64,000 nt of DNA from a virus (IMGVR_UViG_3300027776_000001:23746-87745), one strand, 5' to 3'; counted from the first letter of the stretch, positions 37,735 through 46,953 are shown. The notes: generated by a model from the letters alone, not told the origin. Program-made: numbers and translations.

Positions 37735-38642
37735 GCTTCACTCCTAACAATGTTACGGATTTCCTCTACGGTTTGGTAACGGATAAGCGTACCATCTTCA
37801 TACACCAGTTCCAGCTCACCAGTAGCTTCCTCTTCACGAGTGGCCTGATCCTTCAGGAACAGAACACCATTTTCGTCACGACCTACGTGTAGCAGACCCT
37901 TAGCACTCTTCTTCACACCCTTGTCAGTGGCTGGGTCTTTGAAGAGTTCTCGGCCCGTACCATTCACAACAGCATGTGTAGCCTTCATTGCCATGCCGTA
38001 GGTGTCACGAGTGATATATTGGTAGGTATAAGACCCAATACCAAACACTACATTACCGCTAGCAAAGTTCATCTTAGCCAGTCGCGTAAGAATCTCTTCA
38101 GCACGCTCCAGAGTGATGCTATCACCATAGATCAGGCCAACCCGCTCACTCAGCATGCGATAACCAGTGGACGTTTCCGTACCACCAAAGGTGTTCCACA
38201 GGCAACGTACAGCGCCAAGGGCTTCGGACTCAGTTATTTCCTTGAAATCTAGGTCATAACCATCAAAATCACCGTAGTAGTAGCGAGCGTACTTATCCAC
38301 TTCGTAATACTTGCCTCCTACCTTGACAACTTCACAATCATCACTTATGTCCCTTTCCTTTATATCATCCACATCAGTGTACTCCACGAGTTCATGAATG
38401 TCGTATCCGCAGATAATACGGAAAGGATCGCCACTATCAGGACGGAACACAGTCTTTGCCAGACCTAGAGCATTCGGGGTACGGGCCAATATCTCCTCTT
38501 TACAAGCTGGTGCAATTTTAGTAATCACATCCCAGAAATTGTAAGTGTCCGATACATAACTGCAAACACCACTAGGATAAATGTTAGTAATGTAGTGCCG
38601 GAAAAACATTGTCTCGGCAATAAGCTTTAGATCATTCTTCAT
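37728..38642 (-). CDS. NAMPT-family phosphoribosyltransferase, C-terminal half (separately translated fragment of split gene; Namat/NadV-like)
   Basis: Homology to NAMPT C-terminal region (VVSDSYD-like CSYVSDTYNFWD, RPDSGDP); own GGAGG RBS + ATG at ~38642 overlapping stop of inserted HNH gene (ATGA). Confidence 0.6.
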   Translation of the reverse strand: MKNDLKLIAETMFFRHYITNIYPSGVCSYVSDTYNFWDVITKIAPACKEEILARTPNALGLAKTVFRPDSGDPFRIICGYDIHELVEYTDVDDIKERDISDDCEVVKVGGKYYEVDKYARYYYGDFDGYDLDFKEITESEALGAVRCLWNTFGGTETSTGYRMLSERVGLIYGDSITLERAEEILTRLAKMNFASGNVVFGIGSYTYQYITRDTYGMAMKATHAVVNGTGRELFKDPATDKGVKKSAKGLLHVGRDENGVLFLKDQATREEEATGELELVYEDGTLIRYQTVEEIRNIVRSEAC

Positions 38643-39177
38643 AAAACCTCCATGTAAGTTTAGTGCCATCTGGCAAAGTTCCTGCGGATTTGAAACCAGT
38701 TTTACCTCTGCAACATGCTGAAATATTGGATTTCTTAAGACCAAGAATTTCTGCTGCCTCTCCAATCGAGTTAAAAACTTGACCAGTAGTAGTACAGACA
38801 ACACTTTTTCCTTGACTTTCTCGAATACCTTGCTTTCTTTTTGCAAAATCTTTTATTAACCTATTGTCCCAAGCGTGTTGAGTTTGTTCTGACCGAGTTG
38901 CCCATTCAAGATTAGAGACATGATTATTCTTTTTGTCCCCATCCTTGTGGTTCACAGTCTCTTTCTTTTCAGGGTTAGGAATAAATGTTTCAGCAACTAG
39001 ACGATGAATCCTTTTTGTGTACCTGTGCCCGTCATCACCTTGTAGTCTAACTACTGAATACCCATCTTTGTTTCTTTGTGGTACAAGAAATCTGTCCACT
39101 GTCAGGGCATATACCTTCCCTTCACAAAATATAAGGTATTTAGAGAAGTTTGTCAACTTCTTCGGCTGTGTAGCCAT
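38632..39177 (-). CDS. HNH homing endonuclease inserted within NAMPT-like gene
   Basis: NHKDGDKKNNHVSNLEWATRSEQ HNH motif plus C-terminal IENR/NUMOD-like VFNSIGEAAEILGL; start taken at MATQPKK (~39177). Confidence 0.6.
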   Translation of the reverse strand: MATQPKKLTNFSKYLIFCEGKVYALTVDRFLVPQRNKDGYSVVRLQGDDGHRYTKRIHRLVAETFIPNPEKKETVNHKDGDKKNNHVSNLEWATRSEQTQHAWDNRLIKDFAKRKQGIRESQGKSVVCTTTGQVFNSIGEAAEILGLKKSNISACCRGKTGFKSAGTLPDGTKLTWRFYEE

Positions 39178-39979
39178 TCCATTCTCCTTTATCCTTAAGC
39201 TCTTGTTCAATAAGTAAAATATTACAAGATGCAGTACTGTGTTCGCTTGCAGGAACAGAGCCACCAAGGAACGTACTACCACCATTGTAGAACTGCTCAA
39301 GATAATCCATAGCAGGAATCGTATCAGTGCCAAGGAAGCTTAGCAAATGACCAGCGCTATAACCAGTATCAGACACACCACCAACACCACGGAAGCTGAA
39401 GTCATGACCTTGCCACTCAGTGAATTCCACAGGAGTGCCAGTCTTTTTTGCGTAGTGTACCAACAGACGCTTGTATTCAGCGGCAATAGTTGCAACAGTG
39501 GTGGCCTTCCACAGCTCTGCAGACAGCAGAGTTTCTAGGAAATTTGTCACCCAAAAGAACTCAGGCAGGGTATTAGTAATCGTCAGCATAGGCACCTTAG
39601 AAGGAACGAAGCTGCCTTCCTTGATAGCCTTAATACGGATTGGCAGATAGCCTAGCTTATGCAGAGCTTCGATATGATCAAAGCCTACAGCACCCGGCCC
39701 AAGAGAGCTATCCATACGACGCTGCCATTGCGCTTTCACCACTTCGAGAGGTTTACCAAAGAAATTACGCAGGAAATCATCCTGAATAATGTTCAGCAGG
39801 AAGCCCTGCAAGCCAAAGAATACCACACCATCCTTGGCAAAGCTGCTCTTCTTAGCCAAACGGCTGGAACGTGGTGTAAGGTTGGAGTAAATATACTCAG
39901 TGCCTTCAGGGTATTGATTGATGTGATTTATTTTGTAAAAATCAACCGCAGTAATCGGATTATAATTAAACATGTTCAT
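39140..39979 (-). CDS. NAMPT-family phosphoribosyltransferase, N-terminal half (Namat/NadV-like)
   Basis: [16 protein letters not shown] matches NAMPT N-terminus; [25 protein letters not shown] and SVPASEHST match conserved NAMPT core; last ~27 aa non-homologous read-through. Confidence 0.65.
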   Translation of the reverse strand: MNMFNYNPITAVDFYKINHINQYPEGTEYIYSNLTPRSSRLAKKSSFAKDGVVFFGLQGFLLNIIQDDFLRNFFGKPLEVVKAQWQRRMDSSLGPGAVGFDHIEALHKLGYLPIRIKAIKEGSFVPSKVPMLTITNTLPEFFWVTNFLETLLSAELWKATTVATIAAEYKRLLVHYAKKTGTPVEFTEWQGHDFSFRGVGGVSDTGYSAGHLLSFLGTDTIPAMDYLEQFYNGGSTFLGGSVPASEHSTASCNILLIEQELKDKGEWNGYTAEEVDKLL

Positions 39980-40493
39980 AGTCTCCTATTGGAAAATTAG
40001 TTCTGGCAAATTTGCCGTGCATCTGTATTGCGGCTTTATCGTAAGCTCTAGCAGCTTCCTCTTTAGTGTCGTATCTGCCAAGCTTGTAGATTATACCATC
40101 TTTTCGGATATAGGAAAGCCACCTTATTTCTCGCCCTTTCCTTGTGACACCTTTGAAGCCTGATTTACTCCAACCTTCTCTGTTTGCACAGTTATTACTT
40201 CTTGTTGCAGGTCGAAGATTTTCAATCCTGTTATCGTTCTCTACCCTGTTTTCATGGTCAATCTCATGGTCAGGATACTTACCATAATGAAGAAGCCATA
40301 CTAAACAGTGCTCACGGTAATATACACCATGAATTTTCAAGGTCACATAACCATGAACCGGGTGAACACTCCCCGCCCGTTTTCCTACACAATCCTTGGC
40401 TCTGCCTTTAACCCAAGTCTTGAAATACAAGTGCCCATCAGTCCGGTACTCATACCTTTCGTTGAGCACTTGAAGTAATTCTTCGTCACTCAC
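39966..40493 (-). CDS. HNH-AP2 homing endonuclease
   Basis: [20 protein letters not shown] motif and AP2-like [40 protein letters not shown]. Confidence 0.6.
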   Translation of the reverse strand: MSDEELLQVLNERYEYRTDGHLYFKTWVKGRAKDCVGKRAGSVHPVHGYVTLKIHGVYYREHCLVWLLHYGKYPDHEIDHENRVENDNRIENLRPATRSNNCANREGWSKSGFKGVTRKGREIRWLSYIRKDGIIYKLGRYDTKEEAARAYDKAAIQMHGKFARTNFPIGDYEHV

Positions 40494-41368
40494 TACGCCT
40501 CCTTAGTTGGTATGTACAGCAAAGCCTTAACATCTTCTTTAAAGTTCTGCGATGTGCAGGCACAGAAGATATTATCGTAGTACGGCTTCAGAATGTCAAC
40601 ACCTTTCGTGAAGCGACCATGAGAAACGTACAAGTCTAGCTTGAATTCTTCACCACACCAACCTTGAAGAAATTTTGCTAGCAGAACAAATGTGCCTCCA
40701 CCGTCGCACAGGTCGTCTACCACAAGAATAGAAGTGCCCTTATCCATGTAGTACTTAATATCCGTGCCATTACACTTCCTAACACCTTGATAACTAAGCT
40801 CTCCAGTCTTCTCATCACGAGTCTTGAAGCCCATCAACACCTTGTCTTGCGACATACCAAGCGCTTCTGCCACCTTGAATACCTTCTTCAAGGCTCCAGC
40901 ATCAGGGGCAAGAATGTAGTCATAAGCCAAGCTATACTTGTAGCTCAGCATCTTAACTGTCTCAGCTTGACTGGCATAAGTGAGACGATCAATCATTTCA
41001 CTAACGTCAGAGTGAGGATCAATAGCCTTAACTTGATCGAAGTTGAGACTATTCAACATCTTAGCAAATACCTTCAGCGCATTAGCATCACCAACACTGG
41101 TCTTACGATCCTGCCGAGCAAAAGGAATGTACGGCATTGTTAATACTAGTGAAATGATTTTACGGTATGGCTCAAACAGGCTTGCAATCTGCGCCACCTG
41201 AAAGAACTCTTCACTGCTTTCCCAGTACCAGAGGATTTCTACAATACTATCCTCATAAGAGGAAAGCATATCAAGAAACTCATCATCCAAGCGAGCAGCA
41301 GGCTCTCCACAAGGGAATACCCACAGATTCTGGCTCACCACTTCATCATTAATTTTAACAGAAATCAT
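40493..41368 (-). CDS. ribose-phosphate pyrophosphokinase family protein (PRPP synthetase-like; candidate ADPR-PP synthetase Adps)
   Basis: [10 protein letters not shown] ribose-5-phosphate loop and [18 protein letters not shown]-binding motif. Confidence 0.65.
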   Translation of the reverse strand: MISVKINDEVVSQNLWVFPCGEPAARLDDEFLDMLSSYEDSIVEILWYWESSEEFFQVAQIASLFEPYRKIISLVLTMPYIPFARQDRKTSVGDANALKVFAKMLNSLNFDQVKAIDPHSDVSEMIDRLTYASQAETVKMLSYKYSLAYDYILAPDAGALKKVFKVAEALGMSQDKVLMGFKTRDEKTGELSYQGVRKCNGTDIKYYMDKGTSILVVDDLCDGGGTFVLLAKFLQGWCGEEFKLDLYVSHGRFTKGVDILKPYYDNIFCACTSQNFKEDVKALLYIPTKEA

Positions 41369-41676
41369 TTCATCCTCCCAAATTCTTTCATCATGTCTTC
41401 ATAGTCTTGCTCTATTCGCAACTCCAGCCGCAGCATCTTCAGGATATCTTTGTCATCCTTCTGACTAAGGCTTTCTTGCTTACGCATAGCTTTAGCTGTT
41501 CGATAGGAATGAACACACTCCATACGATCATCTGAGCCTTCTTCATAAGTTGGAATTCTGAGCTTACAATCGATAACGAAGTTATTTAGATCAGTGATAT
41601 CCCTAGCCCTTCGTGCTATACGTCCTTGTACACGACGAACAAGACCATCAAAATATTCCAGTTTTGTTTGTTTCAT
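41365..41676 (-). CDS. hypothetical protein
   Basis: 103 aa ORF. Confidence 0.3.
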   Translation of the reverse strand: MKQTKLEYFDGLVRRVQGRIARRARDITDLNNFVIDCKLRIPTYEEGSDDRMECVHSYRTAKAMRKQESLSQKDDKDILKMLRLELRIEQDYEDMMKEFGRMK

Positions 41677-41885
41677 TTGTACTCCTGTTCATATTGTTTA
41701 AATTTTGATAATGGTGGGCAGTAAGGTATTGGATTCCTGTCTGTAAACAACTTCCAAATTGCAAATGGAATCCACCCCACTGTTACCCACAAAACTGCAA
41801 AAGTGCCTCTTGGATCGTTCCACTCAACTATAGCAGGTAATTTCCAAAACCACAAGAACAAGTCCACTATTCCCACATCCACCAC
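41673..41885 (-). CDS. hypothetical membrane protein
   Basis: 70 aa, Trp-rich hydrophobic. Confidence 0.3.
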   Translation of the reverse strand: MVDVGIVDLFLWFWKLPAIVEWNDPRGTFAVLWVTVGWIPFAIWKLFTDRNPIPYCPPLSKFKQYEQEYK

Positions 41886-42038
41886 ACCATATAGTCCATG
41901 TCTTGTGCCCCGAAAATACGTTCCATAGCCCGCTAGAACTTACGCAGCGTGGTGTGACGTTCTTCATACTTTTGTCTCCTTGTTGATCAATGTCGCCATT
42001 GATCCACACTTCTTCTCGCATGTCAACCTAAATTTGTC

Positions 42039-42067
42039 TTGACAAAGCAGGATGTTTGGTGTATGCT
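42039..42067 (+). promoter_or_regulatory. sigma70-like promoter TTGACA-17-TATGCT
   Basis: TTGACAAAGCAGGATGTTTGGTGTATGCT at start of plus-strand block. Confidence 0.4.
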
Positions 42068-42260
42068 TGTGGGGTATCGTGAGGTACGGGGAGTGGTGTC
42101 TGGAATCGTGGCTCCGAAGTTGATCAGCAACATTGTTGGTCAGAGTCGTGATTCTCCCAGGCTTCTTCAGGGCTGTCAAGTCTTGAGGGGGCTAGGGGGA
42201 GTCGTGACTGAAATGTTCACCAAAGTTGATACTACTACATAGTACATAGAGATACTGTAC

Positions 42261-42325
42261 AAGAAGCTCCTGAAGATAGTTTGCAAGCTCATTGCAGATG
42301 TTCTTCAGGAGCTTCTTCGTTTTGT
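42261..42325 (+). terminator. long perfect hairpin (16-bp stem) followed by T-rich tract; terminator or processing/regulatory structure
   Basis: AAGAAGCTCCTGAAGA...TCTTCAGGAGCTTCTT with inner TGCAA..TTGCA palindrome, then CGTTTTGTG. Confidence 0.5.
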
Positions 42326-42379
42326 GCTTGACATAGGTGAAAGAAGACAGTAGGATGAAAGTACAACTGGAGAGGATAC

Positions 42380-43144
42380 ATGGGAAGAAAGGCAATTACA
42401 ACAGAAGAGTTTATTGAAGCAGCTAAAAAATTACACGGAGATACCTACAACTATTTCAAGACAAAATATACAGGAAGATTAAACAAGGTGTTGATCACTT
42501 GCCCTGTTCATGGTGATTTCATGCAATGGCCTGCTAGTCATCTGTCGGGTAGTGGGTGCAGGAAATGCTCTAGAAGTAGCAGAGCTAAGGGATTGGGAAA
42601 ATTCATAAACGAGTCTGTCTCCAAGTTTGGAAAGAAGTTTAGCTACAAAAATGTAGATTACAGGAATGCTCACTGTAAAGTAATCTTGGAATGTTCAATC
42701 CATGGAGAGTTTGAAATTATTGCACGAAAACACTTGCAAAGTCCTACAGGTTGCCCAAGCTGTGCTAAGACAGGTTTCAATCCCCATGCACCACAAGCTA
42801 CGTTTTATGTTTTCAATGTTATTGGTGAAAGAAGTTTTGTTAAGTTTGGCATAACTGGGAAATTAAATGACAGGCTAGCAACTCATAGAAGAAACCTGAA
42901 ATTACATGATTTAAGAATCTCTGGAGGTGTTTTATGTCTACATTTTTCAGCGAAAATGGTTCAAAAATTAGAGGCACATATAAAATCTAGTATAGTAGTT
43001 GAAAGGTCAGACATAAAGGGTTTCAAGACAGAGGTCACTACTTGTGTGCCAAAAGAAGAACTTCTCATGCTTTGCAAATATTGGTTGACTTCTAACGACG
43101 TTGCGTTTATAGTAACAGAACTTAAGAATAAGGAGTTAGTATGA
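42380..43144 (+). CDS. homing endonuclease-like protein, T5orf172/GIY-YIG-like with two zinc-ribbon repeats
   Basis: CPVHGDF..H..GCRKC and CSIHGEF..H..GCPSC repeats; FYVFNVIGERSFVKFGIT motif; paralog of 5941..6654. Confidence 0.5.
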   Translation: MGRKAITTEEFIEAAKKLHGDTYNYFKTKYTGRLNKVLITCPVHGDFMQWPASHLSGSGCRKCSRSSRAKGLGKFINESVSKFGKKFSYKNVDYRNAHCKVILECSIHGEFEIIARKHLQSPTGCPSCAKTGFNPHAPQATFYVFNVIGERSFVKFGITGKLNDRLATHRRNLKLHDLRISGGVLCLHFSAKMVQKLEAHIKSSIVVERSDIKGFKTEVTTCVPKEELLMLCKYWLTSNDVAFIVTELKNKELV

Positions 43145-43518
43145 CAAGAATTAATGTTGTTGATCCCTCTACGCTTCACTCTCGGCACCTTGTTGCAGAG
43201 TATCGTGAACTTCCTAGAGTTTTCGCGTTAGTTGCCAAAGCAAAGAAAGACTGGTACAAAAAGCAACCACAGTCCTATTGTATGAGAGAAGGTCATGCTA
43301 TCTTCTTCTACAATAAGCTCAAATACTTGGCAGACAGGCAGAAACTTCTTGTTGACGAAATGTTGAAGCGAGGGTATAGTCCACAGCATACAGAGTGTCT
43401 TGAGAAGCAATGGCGTGGTAAAATTCCAGATAACTACTGGTTCGATTATCAGCCAACAGAAGAAGCTATCAAGGTCAATCAAGAACGCATTGACACACGA
43501 CTTAAGGGGATGAAATAA
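43141..43518 (+). CDS. denV: pyrimidine dimer DNA glycosylase / endonuclease V (T4 DenV homolog)
   Basis: MTRINVV...HLVAEYRELPRVF closely matches T4 endonuclease V N-terminus; 125 aa. Confidence 0.8.
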   Translation: MTRINVVDPSTLHSRHLVAEYRELPRVFALVAKAKKDWYKKQPQSYCMREGHAIFFYNKLKYLADRQKLLVDEMLKRGYSPQHTECLEKQWRGKIPDNYWFDYQPTEEAIKVNQERIDTRLKGMK

Positions 43519-43763
43519 TGATTACAGCAAAAGAATTGTATGGTCTTGTACCGAAGGTGGACATGACTTCTATCATGGCAAAGCATGAAAATGCTTTCAG
43601 AATTGCCGCTGCCAAGGGCGATCTTGGTTGCCTTATTGAAGTGGATAGTAAACACAAAGAAATTGTTATTGACTATCTACGGTCTCTAGGATACACTGCA
43701 TACATCAGTTTACAAGGAATAAAACTGACTCGTATTGATGTTTCTTGGGGGAATATACGATGA
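43518..43763 (+). CDS. hypothetical protein
   Basis: 81 aa ORF. Confidence 0.35.
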   Translation: MITAKELYGLVPKVDMTSIMAKHENAFRIAAAKGDLGCLIEVDSKHKEIVIDYLRSLGYTAYISLQGIKLTRIDVSWGNIR

Positions 43764-44203
43764 TCATTTCTAAACATAGCTGGCATTACTGGGTGGCAAA
43801 GGAGTGGGGAGCAAGGTGGCAAGATTTAGGTGAATGCCGAGATTCTTGCACATACTTCTGGTATGTCATAAAGGGTTTGTTCTTGCTAACTGCAGCAGTT
43901 TTCGCGTTGCTGGTAATATGTATACCAGTGGCAGGGTTTGTACTGTATAGCACGGCAGATTTTATTGCTTGGCTCTGCTACGGATTTACCAATACTTGGG
44001 TGATGATTGAAGATGGGATCGCGGTGGCCTGTATGCTTGTAGCTGGAACTATCGTAATAACTATTGCGAAGATCGTAAGCTACTTGGAGAATCCTTATTT
44101 ACCACCTATAGTGGAGCGTAATACCAAATTCTTTGAAATATGGTCGGCTGTTAAGTCCAAGACATGTTTCCAAATCAAGTACAAGGAGGTAGATTATGAC
44201 TAA
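43745..44203 (+). CDS. hypothetical multi-pass membrane protein
   Basis: 152 aa with several hydrophobic helices. Confidence 0.35.
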   Translation: MGEYTMIISKHSWHYWVAKEWGARWQDLGECRDSCTYFWYVIKGLFLLTAAVFALLVICIPVAGFVLYSTADFIAWLCYGFTNTWVMIEDGIAVACMLVAGTIVITIAKIVSYLENPYLPPIVERNTKFFEIWSAVKSKTCFQIKYKEVDYD

Positions 44204-44399
44204 GGCTGAAAAGTACTACGCACAACTGACTGCCAAAGTGGATAGACTGCAGACATTAGTAGATTCAGCAGCATCTACAGATGCAACAAAACTTGCTAAG
44301 CAGGATGCTGATATGGTTGATTTTATTCACAATACTGCTCGCATCCTGATCAATGACTTGAATGAAATTATTGAAGAGGCCGAGGCTTGTCATGACTAA
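44196..44399 (+). CDS. hypothetical protein
   Basis: 67 aa ORF. Confidence 0.35.
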   Translation: MTKAEKYYAQLTAKVDRLQTLVDSAASTDATKLAKQDADMVDFIHNTARILINDLNEIIEEAEACHD

Positions 44400-44730
44400 G
44401 GCTGAAATCTACAAGAATATGACTACACTGCATATCCTTAAGAAAGCTAGGCATTTGATTTCTGATCCTAGTCGCTGGACAAAAGGCAACTATGCCCGAA
44501 ATAAGAATGGGGATGTGGTTCTTGCTAATGCCCCCTCTGCTACTTGTTTTTGTGCGCTTGGGGCAATACGTAGAGTGACTGGCTTTGATACGGATCAAAA
44601 TGTTGGGGCTGTTGCTTTAGGGGAAGTATGCCCACATAGAGTGCATGTGTACAACGACCATTGCTCTCATGAACAGATACTGGCCTTGTTTGATAAAGCT
44701 ATTGAAAAGGAGGAAGCTAAAAATGCTTGA
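44362..44730 (+). CDS. hypothetical protein, paralog family X
   Basis: 122 aa; aligns with 28744..29118 (KKARHLISDPSRWTKG..CFCALGA..ILALFDKAI). Confidence 0.4.
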   Translation: MKLLKRPRLVMTKAEIYKNMTTLHILKKARHLISDPSRWTKGNYARNKNGDVVLANAPSATCFCALGAIRRVTGFDTDQNVGAVALGEVCPHRVHVYNDHCSHEQILALFDKAIEKEEAKNA

Positions 44731-44932
44731 CTATATCGATTTCGGAACAAAGCTGAAAGTGTACTTCAACAAGCACTATGTCGGGAGCATTCAGCAAGAT
44801 AGTAGTGGTTTCTTCGTATACATCACGGCCTACGACACGATTGTCATGACACAGAATTTCATGGAAGAAATTGTCAACAAGCTGTCTGAGCTTAACCAGC
44901 AGTCTATCGAAGAGTTGCTTGAAGATGCTTGA
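44723..44932 (+). CDS. hypothetical protein
   Basis: ATG 44723 with AAAGGAGG RBS; 69 aa. Confidence 0.35.
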   Translation: MLDYIDFGTKLKVYFNKHYVGSIQQDSSGFFVYITAYDTIVMTQNFMEEIVNKLSELNQQSIEELLEDA

Positions 44933-45080
44933 TGAAGAATGCGTAGTTTTTGTTGACAGGATTGTTGATGAGTGGTATAGTGACGACCTTAACAATCAGA
45001 TAGCGGAAGCAGAGATTGAGGGCTTCGATGATGTTCCGCTTGACGGATCAACCTTGATAGGAGATAATGATGAAGTATAA
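44925..45080 (+). CDS. hypothetical small acidic protein (DEWYSDD motif)
   Basis: 51 aa from internal ATG; shares EWYS(S)DD with 57636..57815. Confidence 0.3.
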   Translation: MLDEECVVFVDRIVDEWYSDDLNNQIAEAEIEGFDDVPLDGSTLIGDNDEV

Positions 45081-45600
45081 GGAAGGTGATGTTGTGGTGG
45101 TTGTACGGAAACTGGATAAACCCTGCTCTCACCAATGGCCTATTGGCAGTTTGTGTACAGTTAAAAGTGTTTCTTACAAGGATTGGCCTTACCAATTAGA
45201 ATCACTTGAAGGATTTGTTCCTAGAAATAGCGGAGGCGATAAGTGTGAGTGGGCGTGGGAAGATGAAATTGAGCTTGCAGAAGAGATAACGGCTGCAGTA
45301 GAAAGTCCTGAATGGCATCAGCAACAGTCTGTAGCTTACAGCATTGTTCGAGAAGGTGCAGATTGCCTTGTTAATCGTGCATCAGAACGCGATAAGCCTA
45401 ATGGTGAGCGCTCTATGCAAACGACGATAAAGATTTTTGAGGCAACGTCTGGTGTCAAGCTTACAGAAGAGCAAGGTTGGCTTTTTATGGTATGCTTGAA
45501 GCTTGCACGTAGTCAAGGTGGAGCTTACAAGCGTGATGACTACGCCGATGGAGCAGCATACTTCGGTCTGATGGGCGAAGCAGCAGAACAGGAGAGATAA
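45067..45600 (+). CDS. hypothetical protein
   Basis: 177 aa ORF. Confidence 0.35.
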   Translation: MMKYKEGDVVVVVRKLDKPCSHQWPIGSLCTVKSVSYKDWPYQLESLEGFVPRNSGGDKCEWAWEDEIELAEEITAAVESPEWHQQQSVAYSIVREGADCLVNRASERDKPNGERSMQTTIKIFEATSGVKLTEEQGWLFMVCLKLARSQGGAYKRDDYADGAAYFGLMGEAAEQER

Positions 45601-45601
45601 A

Positions 45602-45874
45602 ATGGCTAAAGTCGAAATGGAAGCATTTGTAAAACCTCTGCCAAGTTTTGGTTTAGGTCAATTGTGGTTAGCAGTAACAGAAGAAGATAAAACTGAAGTG
45701 TATATGGTGGTCTTGTCTCGTTACGGCTATAATGCTATATGCCTAAATGATGGCAAGTACTGGGCTGAAGATAGTGTATCTGAGATATTTGCGCTATATC
45801 AGCGAATGGAAGTTCATCTACAAGAGCTTATTGTACTTCCTGAAGGTACAATCATAACCCTGAAGCAAGAATAA
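45602..45874 (+). CDS. hypothetical protein
   Basis: 90 aa ORF. Confidence 0.35.
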   Translation: MAKVEMEAFVKPLPSFGLGQLWLAVTEEDKTEVYMVVLSRYGYNAICLNDGKYWAEDSVSEIFALYQRMEVHLQELIVLPEGTIITLKQE

Positions 45875-46059
45875 TGATTAAATTAATCGCCCCTCTTGTT
45901 CTCACAGGAGTTTTCATGTGGTTCGTGCTGTATGGCCCAAAGGAAGCTAAAACGTCTGCAAAAAATGCTTGCATAAAGTTGCTCCCTGTAGTACTATTCG
46001 CTGTGTTGGGTGCTGCAATGTTTGTGTTTGTTGGAAGAAATTTCAACATAGGGTTCTAA
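45874..46059 (+). CDS. small two-TM membrane protein (holin-like)
   Basis: 61 aa, two hydrophobic helices. Confidence 0.3.
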   Translation: MIKLIAPLVLTGVFMWFVLYGPKEAKTSAKNACIKLLPVVLFAVLGAAMFVFVGRNFNIGF

Positions 46060-46100
46060 TAGAGCCTTTCTAATTAACAGTAATAAAGGAGAAATGAAAC

Positions 46101-46916
46101 ATGAAGAAGTTTATCGGTAGTGTGATGCTGGCAATTGGTCTGATGTTTACCACTGGCTGTACCATGATTGAAACTGGTAATGTTGGTGTAAGCAAGGCCT
46201 TCTCGAAGGTGAATATGGATGAGCTGCAACCCGGCTGGCGTGAGAGTGTTACCCAGACTGTGTACGAAGTGAATGGTAAAGAAATTACTCTGCCCTTCCA
46301 AGATATGCGTCCGAAGAGCAAGGACAACCTGACCATGCAAGACTTTGACTTTGATGTGAGCTACCAAGTCAATCCTGCCTTTGCTGCTGAGCTGTATGTC
46401 AAGTACATGGGTGATGCTGTTGAGCTGGAAGATGGTACTCTGGGTCTTGGTACTCGTGCTGTAACCCGATTTGCTCGTGAAGCTGCCTACAATGCAGTAG
46501 CCAAGCAAGAGTTCGCCACTATGCAGAATAAGCGTGACGAAATTGCTCTGGACATTGAGAAGGCTCTGCAGTCTGAGCTGGACACCAAGGTAGGTAAGAA
46601 CTGGATTACTGTGACCAACATTACTATTCGTAACATCACCACTGACAAGGCCTTGGAAGACAGTATCCGAGCTGCTGCACAAGTGGAGTTCCAAGTACGG
46701 AAGAAGAATGAGGAACTGGCGCTGGCTCAAGCTGAAGCAGATCGTCTCCGTGTAGAAGCAAAGGGTCAAGCAGATGCTAACGAGATTATCGCCCGCTCCA
46801 TCACTGCTGAGCTGCTGCGTATGAAGGAAATTGAAGCTTCGGCAGCATTTGCCAGCAACAAGGATGCCACTGTGATGGTGGGTATCTCGGCAACTCCGCT
46901 GATCGGTAGCAAGTAG
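46101..46916 (+). CDS. SPFH/band-7 domain lipoprotein
   Basis: lipobox LMFTTGC; long Ala/Glu-rich helical C-terminus typical of HflK/stomatin-like proteins. Confidence 0.45.
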   Translation: MKKFIGSVMLAIGLMFTTGCTMIETGNVGVSKAFSKVNMDELQPGWRESVTQTVYEVNGKEITLPFQDMRPKSKDNLTMQDFDFDVSYQVNPAFAAELYVKYMGDAVELEDGTLGLGTRAVTRFAREAAYNAVAKQEFATMQNKRDEIALDIEKALQSELDTKVGKNWITVTNITIRNITTDKALEDSIRAAAQVEFQVRKKNEELALAQAEADRLRVEAKGQADANEIIARSITAELLRMKEIEASAAFASNKDATVMVGISATPLIGSK

Positions 46917-46953
46917 TACTTTCAGCAGTACTAAAGTAGCACCACAAAATCAG

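Noticed and set aside
38632-39224. Group I intron or intein interpretation of the interruption in the NAMPT-like gene
   Set aside because: The HNH ORF is out of frame with both halves, so it is not an intein. Only a few tens of nt lie outside the HNH ORF, too little for a group I core. The downstream half has its own GGAGG RBS and an ATG overlapping the HNH stop. A split gene with a free-standing HEG fits better, though splicing is not formally excluded.
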